Positions 56,901 through 64,000 of a DNA stretch of 64,000 nucleotides are shown here, piece after piece. Both the position numbers and the translations under genes were made by a program. Positions within the stretch are counted from its first letter, which is position 1; each line of letters opens with the position of its first letter. The notes below the pieces were generated by a model. That model had not been told where the DNA came from. It ran no database searches and saw only the letters and a program-made list of their open reading frames with translations. The DNA is taken from the IMG/VR virus record IMGVR_UViG_3300003316_000399, positions 1 to 64,000 of that record, one strand, 5' to 3'. This DNA comes from a virus (taxonomy: Duplodnaviria > Caudoviricetes).

Positions 56901-57578
56901 CTAGTTTTTTATGTCTTCAGTACCCACAGTGAGTTGCTCATATTCATTTTTTAGGAAATCTCTCAGCGCTGTGGGGAACTGTTTATATTCTTCCAATGTA
57001 CACAGACGACGGTTATATTTCTCATCCTCATACAGACTTGCAGCAACCACGCGATCCTCAAACTCTTTTTGGTAAATCTCTTCACAAACGCGATCTACAC
57101 GATGAGATCTGTACATATTTTTTACAAAGTCCTCAGACTGTGTTGTTAATTGTGCCTTGAAATCCTCAGCCCATCTCTTTGCGTATTCTTGCATATTGTC
57201 AAGATATTCTTCCTCGCGTGCGTCCTTCGCCGCTTCATATTCCTCCTGCTCTTCCTGAGATGGAAAATCGCCTAACTTTGGAAGAATAGGACGTGGGTTC
57301 TGTGTAATATATTCCTGTATGAACCGGCGCGATGATAATAAGATAATCTCTTCGATCAAAGAATCCTTCGTGATATCTTGTATAAAATCAAGATATAGAA
57401 GATATTCATCACTTTCTGTATTACGAAGTTTTGTACGCAGCTTGCGTGACTCTAAAAGTGCTTGCTTACGTGATTCCTCAATATCCTGATCAGTAACAAT
57501 GCGGATATAAAAAGTAATATCATCATATGTTACAGATTTCCGCCATTTTAGTAACTTTTGTAAAAGTTCTCTGGACAT
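56901..57578 (-). CDS. tail assembly chaperone (gpG-like)
   Basis: Between tail tube and TMP; start MSRELL at 57578 with AGGAG RBS; ends in A AAA AAC TAG. Confidence 0.8.
   Translation of the reverse strand: MSRELLQKLLKWRKSVTYDDITFYIRIVTDQDIEESRKQALLESRKLRTKLRNTESDEYLLYLDFIQDITKDSLIEEIILLSSRRFIQEYITQNPRPILPKLGDFPSQEEQEEYEAAKDAREEEYLDNMQEYAKRWAEDFKAQLTTQSEDFVKNMYRSHRVDRVCEEIYQKEFEDRVVAASLYEDEKYNRRLCTLEEYKQFPTALRDFLKNEYEQLTVGTEDIKN
56904..56910 (-). other. -1 programmed ribosomal frameshift slippery heptamer A AAA AAC
   Basis: X XXY YYZ heptamer immediately before the stop; the -1 frame runs into 56611..56877. Confidence 0.85.
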
Positions 57579-57604
57579 ATTTAACTCCTGATCCTCTTTC
57601 AAAT

Positions 57605-57660
57605 AAAAAAAAGTATGGGGATTACGCAGTGCGGGTATGCAAAACGTAATCCCCATACTT
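57605..57660 (-). terminator. intrinsic terminator after the tail tube gene
   Basis: 16-bp stem AAGTATGGGGATTACG/CGTAATCCCCATACTT plus a T run. Confidence 0.85.
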
Positions 57661-57681
57661 CATCCCTTAGCCGCACTGAAA

Positions 57682-58926
57682 TTAAGCCGACTTTTCACCC
57701 TTATAGAAATAAATCTTATTGCTACGCGAAGCAAAGTTATAAGTTACTCGTGCGTCCTGACCAACCTGTGTATTGTTCTGCTCCTGCGTAATATCCAGTT
57801 TTGGAATCCAAATGGTCTCCTCGGGTCCAACAACATTTCGGTCAACGCCGCGCCGGAAAACTCGGATTTCTAGACCCCAATTTGTACTGTCACCAAGATC
57901 ATTCGGTGTCCAGTTATCACCATCTACATCGTTCGCGGACAACTGCTTCTGAATCTTAAAATCATGCAGCAGAAGTTCTAGAGTACCAGTGATCTCAGGA
58001 ATTGAATCCATGTAACCAACAACCTCTTCTGAACCGAGTTCATTGATACGTGTGTTGGGGAACTGACCCTGTACTGTACAAGTCTGAACACGATACACAC
58101 GATCCTCAACTCCAGAAGCAGTATCTACCAGCCAAATTTCCACACCCCAACCCCGCACTCCAACCGGCTGATCAGGAAGTGGAGTTGCACCGTATGCAAC
58201 ATGCGGAAACTCATATGTATAATCCCACTGATTACTCAGATCAGCATGATACATAACAGTTACAGGCGTATCGTCAGCCACGGTCTCAGTATCAAAGGTA
58301 ACACTAGTAGAAGTAGACGATGTGATAGCCTCACGTGGCAAATAGCCTAAACCACTTGCAAACGCGGAAAGGACGTATGAACCATTCTTCAGCACGCGCG
58401 CGACAGGTGATGTGAAAGTAAACAGGCCAGTCTCGTCAACCGTACCGCTCGCAACTGCCACATCATACTTTAGAAAATATCTATTGGTTGCATTAAAACT
58501 AAACTCTTCAGTGCTATCACCACCAACTGAATAGTTTAATGAGAATCGCTCCAGCTTTGCACCAGGAACGAAAAGAGTGCCTACAATCTCGTCACTATCA
58601 CGCGCGGCCTTGAAAGGCTGCTCAAGACAAACATAATCAATATCCTGAGCTTCAACAGAACTGCCTGACGGAACAGCAGTCCAATCTACGCCAGCTAGGG
58701 CAAACTTTGTCCTAACACCAACATCCATAGAAGAAACTGTTACAGTGACTTCAGGAAGATCAAAGATACGACCAGCAATCTGATCAGAACCAAGCTCCTG
58801 CACCGGAGTGGTAGGAAGGTTTGCACCGATCTCAGCTCGCTGTACACGACCGAGACGAGTCTTACCAAGTCCATTAATGGCGTTGATTGCAGTCTCTTTG
58901 AAATTAATTGAGACTCTTGATCCCAT
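57682..58926 (-). CDS. major tail (tube) protein
   Basis: Beta-rich with two internally similar halves (RVQ...QELGS...PEVT and RVQ...NELGS...PEIT); followed by a terminator and the chaperones. Confidence 0.75.
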   Translation of the reverse strand: MGSRVSINFKETAINAINGLGKTRLGRVQRAEIGANLPTTPVQELGSDQIAGRIFDLPEVTVTVSSMDVGVRTKFALAGVDWTAVPSGSSVEAQDIDYVCLEQPFKAARDSDEIVGTLFVPGAKLERFSLNYSVGGDSTEEFSFNATNRYFLKYDVAVASGTVDETGLFTFTSPVARVLKNGSYVLSAFASGLGYLPREAITSSTSTSVTFDTETVADDTPVTVMYHADLSNQWDYTYEFPHVAYGATPLPDQPVGVRGWGVEIWLVDTASGVEDRVYRVQTCTVQGQFPNTRINELGSEEVVGYMDSIPEITGTLELLLHDFKIQKQLSANDVDGDNWTPNDLGDSTNWGLEIRVFRRGVDRNVVGPEETIWIPKLDITQEQNNTQVGQDARVTYNFASRSNKIYFYKGEKSA

Positions 58927-58947
58927 ATAAATCTCCTAAAAAAAAAA

Positions 58948-59409
58948 TTAAATACCGATTACATGTAAGTCAGTAAATATTACGCCTACCCAAAAGAATT
59001 TCTCATTCTCGGTATCAAAATTTGGTAATGATTGTATTTTCATATAATCACCAAATTGACATGTATATTCTACATATGAGCCACTGGCAGGTATATTACC
59101 AGAGTAGTTTGAATATATTTGTACAGAAGATGTATGTAATCCTTCATATAATGCAGATAAAATTGCGTCGCGTTGCATTCTTGACTTTGCACTTATATTA
59201 TATATACACGGAATTGATGTACCGAAAGAACCAAGTTCGATGTTCATAGTCTCTACATCACCTAATGATACCGCAATGGCTGGATTCTTGAACGACGGAT
59301 CGTCAAATCTTACACCATAACTTTCTCCAGCCATAACCTCGATACCAGACGGTGCTATATCTACCGCGTTCTGTATAACTGCCCTATATACCTTTTCTAA
59401 AAAATACAT
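58948..59409 (-). CDS. tail terminator/completion protein
   Basis: PAIAV...IELGS...ISAKSRMQRD; position before the tail tube; start MYFLEK. Confidence 0.6.
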   Translation of the reverse strand: MYFLEKVYRAVIQNAVDIAPSGIEVMAGESYGVRFDDPSFKNPAIAVSLGDVETMNIELGSFGTSIPCIYNISAKSRMQRDAILSALYEGLHTSSVQIYSNYSGNIPASGSYVEYTCQFGDYMKIQSLPNFDTENEKFFWVGVIFTDLHVIGI

Positions 59410-59416
59410 ATTATTC

Positions 59417-60250
59417 CTAAAATGGTAATCCAAAAGACAATTCGCGAGCATAATCCTCGATAGAAATATACTCTTCATGTTTTGGGCGTTTTGCAGATAC
59501 CCAATTTAATAAATTTCCATACACATCGCTAGATGTAGATTTATTATTTATGAATGTGTCAAGTAAATATTCATCCAGCCAAGCGCGTCCGATTCTCAGC
59601 CAGTTCGATAAACTACGCTCCGCATCCTCAATAAAATGCAAACCCGGAACATTAGGATACCCTGGCCTTGATCCAAAACTAGTACCGTAATTAAATGGCA
59701 TTAAAAATGGAACTAACTCCACAACTTCAGCGAATCTAGAATTGCGATCATAAATCACATCTTCGTAGGTTACAATTTTACCATGCCGTCTAACGCGATC
59801 TAGAACCTTGATTCTGTAATGTGGTTTCGACATCACATCTTCACTTTTTGACGGAACACGTTTCGCAATGATTGGCTGGCTTTCATCAAAAATAGCTTGC
59901 CAATAGACCAACCGCGTTCTATAATTGTTAGCTGTTCTGCGTGTACGATAACCAGATTCTTGCCAAGACTGTAATAATCTATTACTGCCGCTTAATACAA
60001 GATCATCAAATATGCGATTCTGCGACAGTGATACATGCCTTGTAACAAATCTTGTAAAATGCCCAACAATAGCATAGCGCAGGCTCGGAGCGCGTATGGC
60101 TTCTGGATGATTAGACATCCTCGTATCAGCCAACCGAATCATTGTGTTATACGCAATTAGTAAGCAGACAGCTTTTATATAATTACTAATATTCGGTAAT
60201 TCTCTAATTATATCATTTGTTTTGATGCGTAGATTCTTAAACTCGGCCAT
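59417..60250 (-). CDS. neck/head-tail region protein
   Basis: NYGT...PGLHFIE reminiscent of HK97 gp10-like proteins; position. Confidence 0.5.
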   Translation of the reverse strand: MAEFKNLRIKTNDIIRELPNISNYIKAVCLLIAYNTMIRLADTRMSNHPEAIRAPSLRYAIVGHFTRFVTRHVSLSQNRIFDDLVLSGSNRLLQSWQESGYRTRRTANNYRTRLVYWQAIFDESQPIIAKRVPSKSEDVMSKPHYRIKVLDRVRRHGKIVTYEDVIYDRNSRFAEVVELVPFLMPFNYGTSFGSRPGYPNVPGLHFIEDAERSLSNWLRIGRAWLDEYLLDTFINNKSTSSDVYGNLLNWVSAKRPKHEEYISIEDYARELSFGLPF

Positions 60251-60271
60251 AACACATCTCTTTTGACTTTA

Positions 60272-60541
60272 CTATTCCTCTATAGTAAGACCAACACGCC
60301 GCTCAATTTCTCTACGAAGATCGTTATATCCATCTAAAACAGCTTTCCGAACCTCTCGAAATATCTCGGGAGGAAGATTTAAGCTTTCTAACCGACTAAG
60401 TGTATGTTTTGTATGCTTTCCAGTTGCATGATCTAGCATTTCTAACATATTTAGTAAGTCTGGAACGGAGTATGTTTTTGTCATAATTATTTTTTCCTCA
60501 TCTCCTTTGTTAACTAACCCTATAACCTCCTGTATTTTCAA
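60272..60541 (-). CDS. hypothetical protein
   Basis: VRKAVLDGYNDL helix; structural operon. Confidence 0.55.
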   Translation of the reverse strand: MKIQEVIGLVNKGDEEKIIMTKTYSVPDLLNMLEMLDHATGKHTKHTLSRLESLNLPPEIFREVRKAVLDGYNDLRREIERRVGLTIEE

Positions 60542-60968
60542 TCTCTATAAGATTCAAATACACATGTGTAATTTCAGATAATCCTGAATATGCCCAATTT
60601 TTAACGCTACAAATACGATTGTCTACCTTTACTGTAACAATTTTGTTAAGTATATCATCAATGATTGTATTAGTAGCAATGATGATACTACAATCACCAT
60701 CTACAGCTTGACCCATAGGTGTATATAACTTGGTGTCACTGATAGCCCATCGTATTTCCGCATTATAGACCATTGTAGTTTCTACACGTATAACGCCATT
60801 GCCATTGCATGTTGGACAAAATGGATCAACATCATCACCACACGTTGGACAAATTTCTTGTGATGCCTGAAGCGTTAGAAGAACTGGTCTTCCAACAGCA
60901 TCAATAATCCCAGCAATAACTTCTTGTTGTATTTTAATATCAGGCTTTTGAATTTGAATCGCGCTCAT
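60510..60968 (-). CDS. head-closure-like protein with zinc-finger insertion
   Basis: CPTC...CPTCNGNG; position in the head-tail module. Confidence 0.55.
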   Translation of the reverse strand: MSAIQIQKPDIKIQQEVIAGIIDAVGRPVLLTLQASQEICPTCGDDVDPFCPTCNGNGVIRVETTMVYNAEIRWAISDTKLYTPMGQAVDGDCSIIIATNTIIDDILNKIVTVKVDNRICSVKNWAYSGLSEITHVYLNLIEIENTGGYRVS

Positions 60969-62139
60969 TTATAACCGCCGTCAATAATTCTGAAAATTCA
61001 TTGGCTACGTTTTTCCAAACGTAATCCTCACGGTTAACTAATTCGTAACCTTTTATACCAATCTCTTTTCGATAATTTGCATCTACATACAAAAGATTTA
61101 ATGCCTGAACAAAAGCTTGTTTATCAGCAATACCACCAATTGTGTTAATACCTCCGGGACGAACCTCAGTTGTATAACAAGGGATTGCAATACCGCCATC
61201 TGCTGCCCACTCACCCAATGCAGACCAATTTGGAAAAACCTGAGGTACCGCACAAGCCATTCCTTCCATCTGACACAAACCCCATCCCTCACCATTAGTA
61301 GTGGAGATCTGCACATCCAGCGTGCTGTAAATAAATTTCATCTGTTCCTTACTCACGCCATTGAGAGAAGTTATTGCTGGTGAAGTAACAATTAAACGAT
61401 TTTTCACGCCGTAATAATCCATAAGATCAGGAATATCCCAACCAACATCATTTAATGAACCATGAAATAAAAACTTTACAGTCTCTGGTTTATGCTCTGC
61501 AAACTCTGCAAAGTATTCAATAGCAAGATCAAGTCTCTTTCGTGGCTGGTTTCTGTTCACTGATCCAACAATAAACAAATCTTCAGCTAAACCACCCACT
61601 TTGCGCGCAACAGCGCGCTCAACTGGGCTAAAAATAGATCGATCAAATCCGTGTGGAATAACCTGTAATTTCGTAGTCATACCTGCATTTAAAAACTGAT
61701 TTTTCCCGAATTCTGTATAAGCGATAGCGACATCAAGCCAATTAAGACCTTCTCCAAATCGACGTTGGATGTTTAATCCATCAACTGGCATATACGCGGC
61801 TTTGATTCCATCATAATTTGCTAAATCAAATGCTTCCTTATAACGGATAACAACCCATGGATCATTTACCATCAATACCGCATCTGGTTTGATGGTATGT
61901 AGTAAGCCAGGTAATCTATTAACTCCGTGCATATCGCCGCCGGTTAAACTTGGATAAATTGGATAATTAAATGAATGCGGATCACCTCGATAGTTAATAC
62001 CAAGAATATGAATATTCCATTGTTTTGATAAATTATCCGCAATCCCATGAACAACTGTTGCAAAACCTGTATGACCTACTGCATCCCCTACAATAAGAAG
62101 TGATGGCTTTGATGGTACTGAACGTCCCCTCATAATCAA
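60940..62139 (-). CDS. glycosyltransferase family 4 (GT-B)
   Basis: TGFATV, VIPHG, NRNQPRKR and EGWGLCQMEGMACAVP. Confidence 0.92.
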   Translation of the reverse strand: MIMRGRSVPSKPSLLIVGDAVGHTGFATVVHGIADNLSKQWNIHILGINYRGDPHSFNYPIYPSLTGGDMHGVNRLPGLLHTIKPDAVLMVNDPWVVIRYKEAFDLANYDGIKAAYMPVDGLNIQRRFGEGLNWLDVAIAYTEFGKNQFLNAGMTTKLQVIPHGFDRSIFSPVERAVARKVGGLAEDLFIVGSVNRNQPRKRLDLAIEYFAEFAEHKPETVKFLFHGSLNDVGWDIPDLMDYYGVKNRLIVTSPAITSLNGVSKEQMKFIYSTLDVQISTTNGEGWGLCQMEGMACAVPQVFPNWSALGEWAADGGIAIPCYTTEVRPGGINTIGGIADKQAFVQALNLLYVDANYRKEIGIKGYELVNREDYVWKNVANEFSELLTAVINERDSNSKA

Positions 62140-62148
62140 ATTCTCCTT

Positions 62149-62769
62149 TTAAAATCGCATTACAATGTAAGGGAACGAAGACTTTGTTCCCCCTGCTAAT
62201 TTGCCTTTAAAAAACGCATTGAGTTCATTAAATGCGTTCTCATAAATTTGACTCAAAACTCTGCTCTTTTCCAAATTGGAAAATGTATAATCTCGTGTAG
62301 ACCAGTGTTGAAATGATTCTGCACTGGATGTTAAAATCATTCGTTGAAGTGCTAGAACAGCGGCTAGTATTACAATATATTGATCATATTCTGAGATAAC
62401 GGGCTGATCATCTGTGAATGTATGACGCGGGTTTCTTACAACATCCCCGTTATCCAATCCACTTGGAACTGAGGTGTAAGAATTATCTATTTTCACATAC
62501 TCATATCCAGATGGAACAATAGTGATAACACCATCGGTATCTGTAACATCTTCATACCAATAATAAACATTCTCAGGAAGAGGATGTATCGATGTAACAG
62601 ATTGACCAGTAACATATTTCCTATCCCATCGTCGTTCCAGCATAATAATCCCAGCAATTAATGCTGTTCTAAGAATAATATCAGAAAATCTGGTCCCATC
62701 GTAATCTCCAATATGAAAGCGGAGCTGCGGAATTAGATAATCGATATTTGTAGGATACTGTACTAACAT
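62149..62769 (-). CDS. head-tail adaptor-like protein
   Basis: LIPQLRFHIGD...FSD pattern; position. Confidence 0.6.
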   Translation of the reverse strand: MLVQYPTNIDYLIPQLRFHIGDYDGTRFSDIILRTALIAGIIMLERRWDRKYVTGQSVTSIHPLPENVYYWYEDVTDTDGVITIVPSGYEYVKIDNSYTSVPSGLDNGDVVRNPRHTFTDDQPVISEYDQYIVILAAVLALQRMILTSSAESFQHWSTRDYTFSNLEKSRVLSQIYENAFNELNAFFKGKLAGGTKSSFPYIVMRF

Positions 62770-62771
62770 AA

Positions 62772-63002
62772 TTATCCACTATTCCGCGAGGCGCGTAGTG
62801 CAATATATTTCTCAAGATCCTCATCAGTTAATGTGGATAGAATTTCACTAATATCTTGATTTCTACGTTTTTCAATATCTGTTTCTACGATTTTAACTGT
62901 AGCTGACAAAGTTTCATGAAGACTTTGTAAATCCTTTGATGAGAATGATTGACCGATAAACTGCACCCAGCCCTCGACAGATATAAAAATACCATTTAAC
63001 AT
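62772..63002 (-). CDS. hypothetical protein
   Basis: ORF in the structural operon. Confidence 0.5.
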   Translation of the reverse strand: MLNGIFISVEGWVQFIGQSFSSKDLQSLHETLSATVKIVETDIEKRRNQDISEILSTLTDEDLEKYIALRASRNSG

Positions 63003-63011
63003 ATTATTTTT

Positions 63012-63272
63012 TTACTCTCGTACAACATTGAGATTGGTTCCATGACCAGCGTTAAGTAATGTAATTAATGCATTCTTAGTTGTTGAAACCACTGCCACAA
63101 CTTTATTGGCATCTAAATCGCTATTACTTCCTTCAAAAGCTTCTGCATCAAGCCAACCAGAACCCCCGTTATAAGTAAGCTCTCGCTCCATAGCATCAAG
63201 TGCATCGATAGCTTCAAGCAAACGAGTCGCGTTATAGCGAGTAAGTGTGACATAATCCTGTTTACGTGACAT
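63012..63272 (-). CDS. hypothetical protein
   Basis: ORF with GGAG RBS. Confidence 0.6.
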   Translation of the reverse strand: MSRKQDYVTLTRYNATRLLEAIDALDAMERELTYNGGSGWLDAEAFEGSNSDLDANKVVAVVSTTKNALITLLNAGHGTNLNVVRE

Positions 63273-63294
63273 AGTTTATCTCCCATCTCTTTCA

Positions 63295-63906
63295 CTAAGT
63301 AATAAGCCCAAAATTCCTAGCCGCTGTCCAAACTCTATTTAACATAGTTTGTTCATTAGAACCATACGTTGCAGCAGCTGTCAATGCTCCTCCTGTTTGT
63401 CGAGCAACCGCCGCTGCGCCTAGGAAACCAATCATTGCTTGTGTACCGTCAGATTCTAATTGTAACACTGTTCTAGCTGCTGTATCATGAATAAAAATAG
63501 TAGATCTGGCAGCACGTGTGGAATCTGTTGCACTGGACCATACTGTGCGTAAGGTTAACGCAGTTCTATTTGTAGTAGTGCTTGATTGTAATCTCAAAAC
63601 AATATCACTACCAAAGTTTGCAGCAGGTGTTCCAGAACTTGCATTTCTATCAACCGTGAGTACAGTGGCGTTTGCGGTAGACGCGGGGGATGATTGATGA
63701 ACTACGCGCATCGGTAAACTTGAAGTAACCTGCGTAGACGTTGAAATAAGTGCTGAATTACTCAAAATACCACTTGCTGTAAATACAGGTACAGAATCTA
63801 CAGTTCCGCTGCCGGTTATGGCATCGCCTTGCTCTAAAAATTCGTTCGTATTTTGTTTGATGAAAATACGACCTCCGGTACTGTAAAGAATGAGACCTTT
63901 TTGCAT
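63295..63906 (-). CDS. Ser/Thr/Ala-rich fibre- or decoration-like virion protein
   Basis: Beta-rich composition; C-terminal IGFLGAAAVARQ...FGLI typical of fibre/decoration ends. Confidence 0.55.
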   Translation of the reverse strand: MQKGLILYSTGGRIFIKQNTNEFLEQGDAITGSGTVDSVPVFTASGILSNSALISTSTQVTSSLPMRVVHQSSPASTANATVLTVDRNASSGTPAANFGSDIVLRLQSSTTTNRTALTLRTVWSSATDSTRAARSTIFIHDTAARTVLQLESDGTQAMIGFLGAAAVARQTGGALTAAATYGSNEQTMLNRVWTAARNFGLIT

Positions 63907-63918
63907 GGTATTTTCCTT

Positions 63919-63999
63919 TTATGCAATAATTTCAATACCTGGAGTAAAACTTACAGTTACATACGTGCCACCAACATTAATAATATCACCCACTGATTG
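63919..63999 (-). CDS. 3' end of a gene truncated by the window edge (...QSVGDIINVGGTYVTVSFTPGIEIIA)
   Basis: Open frame from the window end to TAA at 63919-63921. Confidence 0.5.
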   Translation of the reverse strand, partial: QSVGDIINVGGTYVTVSFTPGIEIIA

Positions 64000-64000
64000 A

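Noticed and set aside
57579-57656. N-terminal extension of the tail chaperone ORF
   Set aside because: It runs through the terminator hairpin; the RBS supports a start at 57578
1-64000. Plus-strand ORFs in the ORF track
   Set aside because: All are short antisense shadows of minus-strand genes with no recognisable motifs; promoters, RBSs and terminators all point to the minus strand
1-64000. CRISPR array, diversity-generating retroelement, integrase or transposase
   Set aside because: No regularly spaced repeats, reverse transcriptase or recombinase motifs were seen; the Cas4-like gene at 31003..31710 is a solo phage exonuclease
1-64000. Stop-codon reassignment, suggested by the possible UUA reading of the odd tRNA
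   Set aside because: Long genes are intact in the standard code, and TAA, TAG and TGA all terminate well-defined genes

Overview
The window is 64 kb of a large tailed dsDNA phage genome, probably siphovirus-like, with essentially every real gene on the minus strand. It is AT-rich by eye; GC content was not computed. A stand-alone GAF protein and an RlpA-like protein resemble Chloroflexales proteins as I recall them, so a Chloroflexi host is a tentative inference. Reading right to left in the direction of transcription, the modules are: (1) head-tail joining and tail genes with an embedded GT4 glycosyltransferase, a tail tube, a -1 frameshifted tail-chaperone pair, a 2830-aa tape measure carrying an HExxH motif, and a 1239-aa hub/beta-propeller tail protein; (2) a replication/recombination module (SSB, primase, DnaB, macrodomain, GT2, resolvase, DNA MTase, PolA, RecA, PD-(D/E)XK exonuclease); (3) a nucleotide-processing trio (HD, SLOG/YspA, metallophosphoesterase); (4) a ~10-kb peptide-ligase operon (ATP-grasp, peptidase C26, two COOH-NH2 ligases, two paralogous class II amidotransferases, two 'CRE' paralogues) whose two promoters carry 11-bp-phased tandem -35 boxes; (5) an early/accessory region with five canonical U34 tRNAs, several non-canonical tRNA-like or structured RNAs, many small ORFs, and an RNA repair pair (Pnkp and RNA ligase). 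The three best candidates for new biology are a virion-glycosylation system with a recurrent [P/A]-S-G motif in outer virion proteins, a small-RNA operon of atypical tRNA mimics (including an Ala-identity RNA resembling the tmRNA tRNA-like domain), and the expanded amidoligase operon. All assignments come from motif recognition; no searches were run.
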